DNA from: Basidiobolus meristosporus CBS 931.73
Lineage: Eukaryota; Fungi; Basidiobolomycota
Assembly (NCBI GenBank): GCA_002104905.1
Contig: MCFE01000810.1
Span: forward strand, 1 to 33,915
Reading direction: 5' to 3'
Length of the DNA stretch: 33,915 nucleotides
Shown: positions 22,439-33,300 of the stretch, one piece after another
Numbering within the stretch: the stretch's first letter is position 1
Layout of the letters: the number at the start of each line of letters is the position of its first letter
Made by a program: the position numbers and the translations under genes
Notes under the pieces: generated by a model
The model's input: the letters and a program-made list of their open reading frames with translations, nothing else
Told to the model about the DNA's origin: nothing
The model's database searches: none

Positions 22439-23517
22439 TGTGGTGGTGTATAAGTCCAAAAGGGCAAAATACAGCCAACACTTCTCAAGTGTGAATGTGT
22501 GTGGGGTGTTCACTGGGTGCGATAACCTCTGGCAAAAGCTTGCTAGGAATACTGGGTCTTTTATCTAATCTAAGTGATGGGGGATAAAGCCTCAAGCTTG
22601 TCAAGGGAAAACTATTGAACTACAATCCCCAACTTAGTTGGCGTCTTAACAAAAGTTTATAATGGCTTCGACGTCCTTTGAGATGACAATGTACTAAAGC
22701 TTCCAAAGTCAAAACAACTGTAAACTCCACCAACAGGGACTTGATAAGAATGCAGCTTTGACCAATAGTTACAAAGACTGAAAAGTATCTTTGCCTGTAC
22801 AAGAACAAACTTGGGAAAACAAACAAATATAATAAAATATACCTACTCTGAGTATTCCTCACGAGTAGTGCCTCCAAGGTCAGTTGGCTGTCAGCGCGGT
22901 TTCCTGGGAGTGTCGTCAGATCTGAGTCAGAAAATAGTGGTAATAGGTAGCGGTGATCTCACTAATCAATAAGTCGGAATATTGGAAGAGGGATGATTTA
23001 TTTTAAGGGATAGCCTCCCTTATATACTTCTTTGCTGCTCAATTTCTTGCTAGAAAATACTTTCCGGAAGTTTCCAGAAGGTAGTAGACAACCAATCATG
23101 TCTTTGTGTACTAAAAATAGCGCAAATTCTTGGCGGATTGTTCCATGAGACATAGTAGTACCTAGCCAATCAGGTAGTGGTAACATGAAACCTCTGTGTC
23201 ATGTGGTTGCCTCTTATGGTAGTGAGATGGGGGATTATGAAACCAGGATGGTCACGTGACATGGGCACTGTTGGGGTACTTGCCTTATAAGGTAACTATC
23301 TTATCTTGGCATCTCGGCAAGGAATAAGAATAGCTTGTGCAATGGGTTAATAGGGACAAATAGTTTGTCAGGTTGCATAGTAATAATCACATAGACAAAA
23401 ATAGGAAATATTGCAAATTTGGGATGATAATAATATAGGCGGGGTAATCCTTTTTAGGGAAGTGAATGCATAAGAATGAGCACATCTGCCTGTGGGTGTC
23501 ACTGTGACCCCACTACA
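22439..23517 (-). repeat. 3' LTR of the gypsy element
   Basis: Direct repeat of 28551-29629 with 4 substitutions by eye: 22668/28780, 22952/29064, 23030/29142 and 23340/29452. Confidence 0.97.
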
Positions 23518-23531
23518 TCCACCCCCCTCTC
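23518..23531 (-). other. Polypurine tract of the gypsy element
   Basis: Minus strand GAGAGGGGGGTGGA abuts the TG of the 3' LTR. Confidence 0.92.
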
Positions 23532-23556
23532 AGCTTTGAACTCAGGTCAAAGCAAA

Positions 23557-26500
23557 CTAAATGTGATGTGCGAAATTCCGGTGCTTGAATAGCTTAAGTC
23601 GGTTTCCTGCCACAGGTGCTCTTAGCGGTGTTCCATCAAGTTCAGACAGGTAGTAGCTTCCATTTCCAATCACCTTAGAGACAATATATGGGCCAGACCA
23701 CTTATTGTCAAATTTGCGACTCCACTGCTTGTCTAAAGTGGAATCATAGAGCAGTACTGGATCTCCTTGCAGTAATGGCTTTGGTCTAAGGCTATGTGAC
23801 TTGTCAAATGGTTCCTTGTTCTGAAGTCTTGTCTCTTTGAGTTTAGCAGCTGCTTGGGTAATATCAAGTTCATGGTGATCAAGCTGTTTGATGCGTGTAG
23901 TCAGTAGTTCTTCTGTACTCATTGTAGTTCTCCACTCTAGCATGTTCCAGGATATTGAGTCAAGCTCTATGGGAAGAACGCAATCATGTCCGTAAAGCAA
24001 TTTGAATGGAGATAGACCTGTGCTGCGCTTTGTAGTGATTCTATCTGCCCAGAGTGCTAGATGAAGTTGTGTAGGCCACTGTAGTGTCATGTTGTTGCAG
24101 CTCTTGACCAGGGAGTTAACTAACGGGCCATGGCCTCTTTCAACCATTCCATTGGCCTGTGGGTGATAAGCGGTAGTGAAAGCAATATGAATCTTGTATT
24201 GTGAGCAGAGTTCCTGGATCAAATTTGAAGTCATTTCTCCTCGGTCAGCAACAAACTGGCTGATGCAGCCAAATCTGCATATTATATCTTCAAGAATAAA
24301 TCTCCATATGGTGTGGCTTTTGTTATTGGATAGGGCTCGAGCTTCTACCCACCCACTCAGATCATCTCTGGCAACAACAAGGTACTTCTTGGTTCCAGCA
24401 GTTGGCATGTGGACCAGGTCAATGCCAACCTTCTGCCATAGACAAGGTGTGTAGGTTGGATGGAGCGGCTCCTCATATCTCTTGGTTGACCTTCTTTGGC
24501 AAATGTCACAAGATTCAACAAAGTGTTGGACATCATGATACATATGCTCCCAGTAGTATCTACTGGAAACAACATTGTAAGTGGCATCTCTGCCTCTATG
24601 ACCACCGGGTCTTCCTTCATGAAGGCTTGACATAATAGTCAGTTGTTCTTGGGGCTCAACTATAACTCTTCTTGGTGTCTGTCCAGGCTTTACTTGTTTG
24701 AAGAGGAGGCCATCTTTTATGTAGAAATGATGGGCCTTCTTCCTGAGCTTTCTGAAATCATGTGGGCTCATTCCTGGTGGCTTCTCTAAGGTTCTCAGAT
24801 AGTCTTGAATGGTGTTCCACGTAGAGTTGCTGGGCTTCTTCACGTGTAGTTGCCGGATTTCTGCATCAATTATGTCATCAAAGTCAGGGTCCATATCTTC
24901 AGACAACTGTGGTCCCTTCCTGGAGAGTGCATCAGCCACAACATTTGTCTTGCCAGGGATATGTCTGACCTCAAAGTCAAACATTTTCAGCCATGCCATC
25001 CACCGATTTGTGGCATCATCAGGTAGATCAGGTTTGTTGATCATTCCTATAAGTGGCTTAGCATCTGTCTCCAGGATGAAATGTGTCATGTAGAGTTGTG
25101 ACTTCAGCTTTCTCAGCATCTTCACAACTCCTAGTAGCTCTCTCTTAATCTGTGAGTATCTTTGTTCTCTAGGAGAGAAGAGGCAGCTCTCATATCTGCA
25201 GGCATAGCGGTTACCATCTTCATCATCTTGGCCAAGTAGTGCTCCAGCTCCTACAGGGCTTGCATCCACCGTCAAGATAGGTGGGCATTCAGTGTTCTGA
25301 TAGTCAAGAGGTCTCAGAACTGGTGGAGATACTAAGGCCTCTTTTAGTAATTGCATGGCTTCTTCTTGCTCTTCTCCCCAGTTAAATGGGGCATTCTTTC
25401 TCTGTAGTCGGTAGATTGGTTCTGCTATCTCAGAAAATCTTGGGATCCAGATCCCAAAGAACCCACAAGCTGCCACAAAGCCACAAGCTTGTGTTAGATT
25501 TGTGGGGGTAGGCCAGTTGCATATCTTTTGTGTCTTGGAGTCTCCGGGTGAACGGCCAAAGGTGTTGCATTTTTGTCCAACAATGGATATCTCTGATACA
25601 CCAAAGCTGCTTTTCTCACCACTGATGGTGAGTCCAGCTTCTTCAATGGCTCCTAATATGGCATCATTGTCTGAAATATGGTCATAGACAAACTTTCTTA
25701 CTCCAGGCATAACTTCAGTTGTGTCCCGGAGTTTTGGTCCTTTGATGCCTATGTCATCAACAAAGACAGCAAGTTTCTCAGGTATAAACCGGTAGAGCAC
25801 ATTTACCATGCACCTCTGGAACTGAGCCACGGAGTTTGTTGCCCCTTGGCTAAGTCTTGTCATTCTTAACAGTCCAAATGGTGTCTGGAGTGCAAACATA
25901 TCTCTTGATGTCTCATCTAGGGGAATCTGGTTGTATCCTGAGTAGAGATCATATGTTGAGTAGATGGAGTGACCACTAAAGCTTTCTGCAAAGTCATCAA
26001 TAGACGGAGGTATTGCGGCATCTCTGATAGTAACGGCATTTGCAGGTTGCATGTCTTGAATGAATCGGAGCTTCCCATTCTTCTTTTTGGTCACAAACCA
26101 TCTGTTAGCATAAGGTCCATGGCAAGGTTCTAGGATACCAGCTTCAATCTTCTTCTTAAGTAGGTCATGCACATCAGCTTGGAGTCCTCTAGGCAGTGGG
26201 TAAGGTTTAAATGACCAGGGTGTGTGGGGCACTGTATGAATTTTGATAGGTTTTTCAACTGATGTCTTTAAGAGTCCCATCTCCTTGTCGTTATATGAGA
26301 AAACCTTATCATGCCTTTTCAGGGTTTCTTCAAATAGTAAGATCTCCTCCGGTGTTAGGTTTCCATCACCAATGATAAGTTGCTTAAGTCTCTCAGGTGT
26401 AAGTCGTATATCTTCTGGTGTTCCTTCTGGTGGTCTGATGTAATCAGCAGGTCGAGACCCATCAGTTAAAGGTGTAAGTGATGGTCTAATCTTCTGTTCC

Positions 26501-28410
26501 ACTGTCTTGTATTTTGTGCGAACCATAGCTGACTGCTCCTGTATACCTAATGAGCAGCTCCAACTGTTAGGGTGTATACTGTCAAGCTCCTCATCTTCTT
26601 CTATAACAAGATGTGTCTTCTGGCAAGCGGTATGTGTCCTCTTATTGTTGGGTGTTACCCCACAGAATGTTGACTGTAGTCCTGGGTTGGATCCTTGTAT
26701 AGTGTACCACACTGACCCATCAGAATAGTTGGTAGTTGTAGCCTTAGTACTGGTCTCCCATGGTCTGCCTAACAGAAGGTCAAAGTTTGCCTTCTGGCAG
26801 ATAAAGAGGGGAAGCCAGACCTTGATTCCTTGTACCTCAATAGGGAACTTGTGCACTACACCATAGAGTGGGCTAGACCCTGAGTTTGCATCAGTCATGT
26901 TCCATCCAATATCTCTATCAACAGGCAGTAGCTCCTTGCTTCTAAGTGTCTTCCAGAAGTCTAGCGGCATAACACAAATCTCTGAACCACTGTCAATATG
27001 GCAGTCAACAGGGTCATCATATATGTACCCTTTCACCACAGCAGTTGCAACTGAGTAAAAGGTCTTGTATTTGGTAGCATTGTCATCCTTTTTGTGGTCT
27101 TCATGGTTTGTCTGGATTATATGGGTGTCCATATGTTCAACAGCTTGTCTTCTTGTTCTAAGCTGCTCATCAAAGGTCTTCCTAACAGACGGTGATACAC
27201 TCATGATTTCTCCAACTGACAAAGTGAGGTTCTGCTTCAGTAGTTTCTCAGTAATCAATTGGGGGCTTGAGTAGCCTGCTATCTTTGAGGTCATCTGAAA
27301 GTGAGGTAATGGGTCTTGGGTAGGCAGTGTTCCAGGCCTCTTGTCAATAATAACCTCAGGCTCTTCAAAGCGTGGTCTTCTAAGGATGGGTTTGACAGGT
27401 TCTTCAGGAAGGTGTCTCTTAGTAGCAAAGGTGTCTACCTTGTATTTTCTGTTGTCAGGGCTGTTTGGACTCACTGTATGAGTCTCAATAGGGGCATCAA
27501 CAGTAATCTTTCTAGTTGCTGAGTCAGACTTCTGGAAAAGGGCTCTCATTCCGCCTCTTCGGAAATTAGTGGGAATCCTTTTTCCTTCCTTATCAGCAAG
27601 CATTCCATCAGCATCAAACTGTACTGTTCCTTCTCTAAGTAGCTGGCTAAGCTCTGAGCATTCACGTCTGGCATGCTGAGTAGAGTCACACCAAATGCAG
27701 TGTCTAGGCAAAGCTCTTTGGCCCTCAGTAGCTACCTCAGCTGAGCCATTAACCTTGAGGGCTAGCTTTTGTAGCTGTTCAGCAAGTTGGTCAATTCTGT
27801 CGGTAGTGTAGGTCTGATTGTCAGCAACAGCACTCTTTAGCTCCTTGGTTGGCTGGTCTGGCAGATTAGATGTCAGGAGTCTCATAAAGGTAGAAGTTTG
27901 CTTTGCCTCTAGGAGTACACGTTTCATCTCTGCAAAGCAAGGAATGCCAGACTTGTCATCCTTGGCTGCATGTAGGTCAACTTTCCTTGCCAACTCCTGG
28001 GGAAGCCCTTGTGCAAGGTAAAGTGTCATGGTAAACTCAGTTATCGCCTGGGACTCTAGGAGTGGCTTGGCCATATCTTCATATTGTTGAATGAACTCTT
28101 CAATTGGTAGCTTGGAGAGTCCCATCCTCCCAAAGTGTCTGAGGTCTTCAATTCCATAGTATATCTGGGGTCTGCCATACTCGGCCTGTAGGTAGGTCTT
28201 CATTAAGGTCCAGTCAGTCAGAATGTCTCCTTGTCTGAGAAGCTTGGTAGTAATATCATCAGTGCAGTAGTAGGGGAAGTCTTCAGCCATTTCTTGTTCA
28301 GATAGGCTGCACATCTTGCAGAGCTTCTCCCATTTGAATATGAAGCTCTCCACATTCTTTCCATCAAACTGTGGGGCTCCATGTGAGAGTGGTAACGGCA
28401 TAGAGTTCAT
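23557..28410 (-). CDS. Gag-Pol polyprotein, single ORF of 1617 aa (Gag, CCHC knuckle, aspartic protease, RT, RNase H, integrase)
   Basis: CIWCDSTQHARREC knuckle; IDSGSE protease; DLYSGY, SQGATNS and FVDD in RT; DAS, E, ETDAK and ADALSR in RNase H; H..H..CDIC, GIDL, ADRG and NGMVER in integrase; C-terminal GPY motif. Confidence 0.97.
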   Translation of the reverse strand: MNSMPLPLSHGAPQFDGKNVESFIFKWEKLCKMCSLSEQEMAEDFPYYCTDDITTKLLRQGDILTDWTLMKTYLQAEYGRPQIYYGIEDLRHFGRMGLSKLPIEEFIQQYEDMAKPLLESQAITEFTMTLYLAQGLPQELARKVDLHAAKDDKSGIPCFAEMKRVLLEAKQTSTFMRLLTSNLPDQPTKELKSAVADNQTYTTDRIDQLAEQLQKLALKVNGSAEVATEGQRALPRHCIWCDSTQHARRECSELSQLLREGTVQFDADGMLADKEGKRIPTNFRRGGMRALFQKSDSATRKITVDAPIETHTVSPNSPDNRKYKVDTFATKRHLPEEPVKPILRRPRFEEPEVIIDKRPGTLPTQDPLPHFQMTSKIAGYSSPQLITEKLLKQNLTLSVGEIMSVSPSVRKTFDEQLRTRRQAVEHMDTHIIQTNHEDHKKDDNATKYKTFYSVATAVVKGYIYDDPVDCHIDSGSEICVMPLDFWKTLRSKELLPVDRDIGWNMTDANSGSSPLYGVVHKFPIEVQGIKVWLPLFICQKANFDLLLGRPWETSTKATTTNYSDGSVWYTIQGSNPGLQSTFCGVTPNNKRTHTACQKTHLVIEEDEELDSIHPNSWSCSLGIQEQSAMVRTKYKTVEQKIRPSLTPLTDGSRPADYIRPPEGTPEDIRLTPERLKQLIIGDGNLTPEEILLFEETLKRHDKVFSYNDKEMGLLKTSVEKPIKIHTVPHTPWSFKPYPLPRGLQADVHDLLKKKIEAGILEPCHGPYANRWFVTKKKNGKLRFIQDMQPANAVTIRDAAIPPSIDDFAESFSGHSIYSTYDLYSGYNQIPLDETSRDMFALQTPFGLLRMTRLSQGATNSVAQFQRCMVNVLYRFIPEKLAVFVDDIGIKGPKLRDTTEVMPGVRKFVYDHISDNDAILGAIEEAGLTISGEKSSFGVSEISIVGQKCNTFGRSPGDSKTQKICNWPTPTNLTQACGFVAACGFFGIWIPRFSEIAEPIYRLQRKNAPFNWGEEQEEAMQLLKEALVSPPVLRPLDYQNTECPPILTVDASPVGAGALLGQDDEDGNRYACRYESCLFSPREQRYSQIKRELLGVVKMLRKLKSQLYMTHFILETDAKPLIGMINKPDLPDDATNRWMAWLKMFDFEVRHIPGKTNVVADALSRKGPQLSEDMDPDFDDIIDAEIRQLHVKKPSNSTWNTIQDYLRTLEKPPGMSPHDFRKLRKKAHHFYIKDGLLFKQVKPGQTPRRVIVEPQEQLTIMSSLHEGRPGGHRGRDATYNVVSSRYYWEHMYHDVQHFVESCDICQRRSTKRYEEPLHPTYTPCLWQKVGIDLVHMPTAGTKKYLVVARDDLSGWVEARALSNNKSHTIWRFILEDIICRFGCISQFVADRGEMTSNLIQELCSQYKIHIAFTTAYHPQANGMVERGHGPLVNSLVKSCNNMTLQWPTQLHLALWADRITTKRSTGLSPFKLLYGHDCVLPIELDSISWNMLEWRTTMSTEELLTTRIKQLDHHELDITQAAAKLKETRLQNKEPFDKSHSLRPKPLLQGDPVLLYDSTLDKQWSRKFDNKWSGPYIVSKVIGNGSYYLSELDGTPLRAPVAGNRLKLFKHRNFAHHI

Positions 28411-28528
28411 TTTGGGTACGTAGGTTGGTGTTATAGTCTTGATAATATCGGTAGTCTTGTTTCAATAAATGGGTGACGGCTCAAATCTTCAGGTAAATCT
28501 TGTTGGGTCCTAGGGAGCTTGTATGAAC

Positions 28529-28546
28529 CCCCCACGTTGGGTGCCA
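28529..28546 (-). other. Primer binding site, tRNA-Lys(CUU)-like
   Basis: TGGCACCCAACGTGGGGG, after a 4-nt spacer from the 5' LTR, matches the known Lys1,2 PBS TGGCGCCCAACGTGGGGC at 16 of 18 positions. Confidence 0.8.
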
Positions 28547-28550
28547 AATA

Positions 28551-29629
28551 TGTGGTGGTGTATAAGTCCAAAAGGGCAAAATACAGCCAACACTTCTCAA
28601 GTGTGAATGTGTGTGGGGTGTTCACTGGGTGCGATAACCTCTGGCAAAAGCTTGCTAGGAATACTGGGTCTTTTATCTAATCTAAGTGATGGGGGATAAA
28701 GCCTCAAGCTTGTCAAGGGAAAACTATTGAACTACAATCCCCAACTTAGTTGGCGTCTTAACAAAAGTTTATAATGGCTCCGACGTCCTTTGAGATGACA
28801 ATGTACTAAAGCTTCCAAAGTCAAAACAACTGTAAACTCCACCAACAGGGACTTGATAAGAATGCAGCTTTGACCAATAGTTACAAAGACTGAAAAGTAT
28901 CTTTGCCTGTACAAGAACAAACTTGGGAAAACAAACAAATATAATAAAATATACCTACTCTGAGTATTCCTCACGAGTAGTGCCTCCAAGGTCAGTTGGC
29001 TGTCAGCGCGGTTTCCTGGGAGTGTCGTCAGATCTGAGTCAGAAAATAGTGGTAATAGGTAGCAGTGATCTCACTAATCAATAAGTCGGAATATTGGAAG
29101 AGGGATGATTTATTTTAAGGGATAGCCTCCCTTATATACTTTTTTGCTGCTCAATTTCTTGCTAGAAAATACTTTCCGGAAGTTTCCAGAAGGTAGTAGA
29201 CAACCAATCATGTCTTTGTGTACTAAAAATAGCGCAAATTCTTGGCGGATTGTTCCATGAGACATAGTAGTACCTAGCCAATCAGGTAGTGGTAACATGA
29301 AACCTCTGTGTCATGTGGTTGCCTCTTATGGTAGTGAGATGGGGGATTATGAAACCAGGATGGTCACGTGACATGGGCACTGTTGGGGTACTTGCCTTAT
29401 AAGGTAACTATCTTATCTTGGCATCTCGGCAAGGAATAAGAATAGCTTGTGTAATGGGTTAATAGGGACAAATAGTTTGTCAGGTTGCATAGTAATAATC
29501 ACATAGACAAAAATAGGAAATATTGCAAATTTGGGATGATAATAATATAGGCGGGGTAATCCTTTTTAGGGAAGTGAATGCATAAGAATGAGCACATCTG
29601 CCTGTGGGTGTCACTGTGACCCCACTACA
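28551..29629 (-). repeat. 5' LTR of the gypsy element
   Basis: Direct repeat of 22439-23517; lies upstream of the PBS and gag. Confidence 0.97.
29131..29138 (-). promoter_or_regulatory. Candidate LTR TATA box
   Basis: TATATAAG on the element sense strand, also retained in the old LTR copy at ~7302-7309. Confidence 0.45.
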
Positions 29630-30014
29630 GCGGTGTTTTCAAGCTTGTCCAAAGCTCCCAAATGTTGCACACAGCTTCCTGGGACCTTTCCAAAGAGGTT
29701 TTCCTCATTTTCTTCTAAAGCACCCTGAAACCTTACATGGCTAATTTTCCCAGACCATGAGTAACTAGGCCACCATGATGGATATTGTGAATAACATCTA
29801 TATAAGACTGTATTCACCTTGATATACACTTCTATTTTACATATCTACCCATACTGGACCAATCCACTGGATTCCAATTAAAGTCAATTCTCTTCTCCCA
29901 CTACAAAATCATTGCCTATATTTGGTACTTGAGATATCAGATAATCCCCGAGACTAGTGAGGCCCAAAAGTTAGCTAGACCTTTTAAGTGTAGTAATTAT
30001 TAAGTTGTTACCTG

Positions 30015-30363
30015 TGTTGTAAGAGTCTTGGAGATATTGGAAGTGATTTGGAGAACAAGTAGATTAGGTGGTTTTCACTTAATGATTTATTGAATGTAAA
30101 AGTAGTATATATACTTTTACCAGGTCTTGGCATTACAAGCACATAGAATAGGTTAAGGAAGGTCCCAAGAACATGTGTGCAAAGTTTGGGGCTGTTTGGA
30201 CAACTTTGAGAATTTTCATGTTCTGGGTACCTGGCATTTTGGTGAAAATATTCTAAGTAAATCCCGACAAGGAATTTGGTCAGTATTCTCTAGGATTTGA
30301 AGGTGATGATCTAAGTGACTAAGTTAGGCGAATATTTAGGTGGAAATATGAATTTTTACAACA
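30015..30363 (-). repeat. 3' LTR of the copia element
   Basis: 8-bp terminal inverted repeat TGTTGTAA...TTACAACA, directly after the PPT; homologous to 21891-22248. Confidence 0.8.
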
Positions 30364-30374
30364 CTCCCACTCAG

Positions 30375-33300
30375 CTAAATGTTCATACTGACTAGTCCTA
30401 ATTTTGACCTAAGATATTCAAACTTGTCTCTAGCTAATGGTTTGGTAAATATGTCTGCAATCATTTCATCTGTAGGACAGTAAACTAAGCTAACTAAGTT
30501 ATTCTCTATAGCTTCACGTATGAAATGATGTCTAATATCTATGTGCTTGGTTCTAGCATGAAAAGTTGGATTTCTACCTAATTGTATACATCCTTGATTA
30601 TCTTGAGATAAAGTAATAGGCGTTTTTTGACATAGGCCTAAATCTGTACGGAGCTTTCTTAACTACATTGCTTCTTTTGTAGCTGCACAGGCTGCCATAT
30701 ACTCTACCTCTGTAGTAGAAAGTGCTACGGTTGGTTGCTTTCTTGAATTCCATGAAATTGCTCCTTTACAGTAAAGAAAGGTGTATCCTGTGGTGGATCT
30801 TCTGTCTTCCAAATTTTGTCCCCAATCAGCTACAGAGTATCCCACAAGATCCTGTTCTGAATCCTTATAAGGGTATCTTAAGAAGATATCAGCAGTTCCT
30901 TTTAGGTATCTAAAAATCTGCTTAACTGCTGCAATATGATCAGATCCATAATTCTGATTATGTTGGCTGACAACTCCCACTGAATATGAGATATCTGGAC
31001 GTGTTCCAAGCATGATATACATCAGACTGCTGACCATAGATTGATAAGGAAAGTCAGGGCTTTCAGATGGCACCAAGCTCTCTTGATTTGGTTGAGTTTT
31101 GACCAAGTTAAGGTTTGTCTCCATTGGGGTAGCTGCCAGTTTACAGTCTTCCATTTTGTACTTCTTTAGTATATCTTGAATATACTTGGATTGGCTTAGG
31201 GTAATAGTCTGGGTACTTCTGTCTATGGAGAACTTAATCCCTAAGTAGTAACTAAGTTCTCCTAGATTGGACATCTTGAACTCCTTAGATAGGCTGGATT
31301 TAGTCTCTTCCAATGTTTCTAGGTTATTGGCGGCTATAATAAGATCATCCACATATAGAGCTAATAGAACTGGATTTGCTCTATCTGGCTTATAGTATAT
31401 ACTACAGTCAGCATTACTTCTTTTGAAACTCAAAGATTCCAAATAAGAATCTATCTTGCAATTCTAGGCTCTTGGTGATTGTTTGAGACCATATAGTGAC
31501 TCTTTAAGCTTGCAGATCAAATGGGGGTTATCTTGGTCAACAAACCCATCAGGCTGGTCCATATACACGTCCTCATCAAGTTCTCCATTCAAGAATGCAG
31601 TTTTACATCCATTTGATGAATAAAAAACTTATATTTGGCTGAAATAGCCAATATTAGTCTGATGGAATTAAACTTGGCTACCAGTGCAAAGGTCTCAGTA
31701 TAGTCAAGTCCTTTTGTTTGAGAGTATCCTTTGGCTACAATTCTTGCTTTGTATCTTTCAATTGTACCATCAGCCTTGTATTTTGTCTTGAATACCCATC
31801 TGCATCCAATTGATTTTTGGTTGACTGGTAATTTGACTAAGTCCCAAGTTTGATTTTCTATCAGGGCCTGATATTCCTCAGTCATTGCAGATCTCCAAAA
31901 CTTTGTCTGAGGGCTATTTAGGGCCTCTTTTACAGTCTGGGGTTCATCAATATGGACTGAATAGGCATAGGCTAAGTTTGTACCCTCATTGATATAGTAA
32001 TTTGGGCTATTTCTTGTCCGATTTGATCTCTGGGCATTTGATACTGGAATGATCACTTCTGGGATATTCCTGGGCACTGATTCTGGCTGAACCACGGTTT
32101 TAGAGTCCTCTGGAGTGAAAAAATTTTCATTGTTTTGCTCTGATTCAATCCTGACAATTGGTGGACTTGAGATCAAATTTTTGTCATCATCTGATGTCAT
32201 TTTTTGTGAAAATCTTGAATTTTCATCAAACAACACATCCCTGGACTTGATCAGCTTCTTTGCTTTGGTATTGTAGAGTCTGTATGCCTTACTCTCATTG
32301 CAGTAGCCCAAAAATATGCATTTTACACTTTTTGGCTCAAATTTTGACTGATTTCCGGCCAGTTTTTTGGCATATGCTGTACACCCAAATATTCTTAGAT
32401 GTTCTGCACTTGGTCTGTATCCATACCATGCTTCAAATGGAGTAGAATCACAAAGTATTCTGTTATAACTCCTATTTTTAAGATATACAGCGGTGGCAAC
32501 TGATTCTGCCCAAAAATCATAGGATAATTTTTGATCATGGATCATAGATCTTGCCATATCAATTATTGATCTGTTAGCTTGTTCTGCTACTCCATTTTGC
32601 TGTGGGGAGTATGGTACAGTAGTCTCTGGCTTTATCCCATGAGTTTTGCAGAAGTGGATGAAGAGTTTTGAGGTATATTCTCCACCATTGTCAGAGCGTA
32701 TTTTCTTGATTTTTTCACCAGTTTCTCTCTCCACCATGGCTTTAAACTCCCTGAGCTTAGACAGAGCTTCTTCCTTTCTCTCCATGAAGTAGACCCCTGT
32801 GTATCTTGTATAATCATCAATGAAAGTGATTAAATACTTCATCCCGCCTAAGGATAAATTTTGCATAGGTCCACACAGATCTGAGTGAATTAGATCTAAT
32901 TTTTTCTTAGTTTTGATTAACCCAGAGCTCTTGAACAGTTGTCTGGCTTGTTTCCCATATATGCAGGCTTCACAGTGCTCCAAATTAGCTGGGGGATCAA
33001 TTTTCACTCCAGAAATTAGCTGATCTTTGATCATTTTGCGTAAATAATCAAAATTGATGTGCCCAAATCTCCTGTGCTAAAGCATTGGTGTTTCTTCATT
33101 TAAGTTACTTATATTGGCTTCCAGATATGATGGAATATAAGTCAACTTGTATGGATTCTGATCTCTGATGCCCGAAGCAATATGAGCACCATTTTGATCA
33201 GTGATCCTGCATCCAGAATTGTCAAAACTGAAACTGAGTCCTTCTGCTGTGGCCTTGCTTACAGAGAGTAGGTTCTTGGCTATTTCTGGTACATAGAGTA

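Larger units (their letters stand above)
22439..29629 (-). mobile_element. Structurally complete Ty3/gypsy LTR retrotransposon (7191 bp), no chromodomain
   Basis: Two 1079-bp TG...CA LTRs, GCGG duplicated at 22435-22438 and 29630-29633, PBS, PPT and an uninterrupted gag-pol. Confidence 0.98.

Noticed and set aside
22620-23186. 85-aa and 62-aa ORFs repeated in both LTRs (also 28732-28989 and 29110-29298) as possible LTR-encoded peptides
   Set aside because: They recur only because the LTRs are near-identical. For the 85-aa ORF, the equivalent frame in the older LTRs (~3238, ~7452) is broken by frameshifts.
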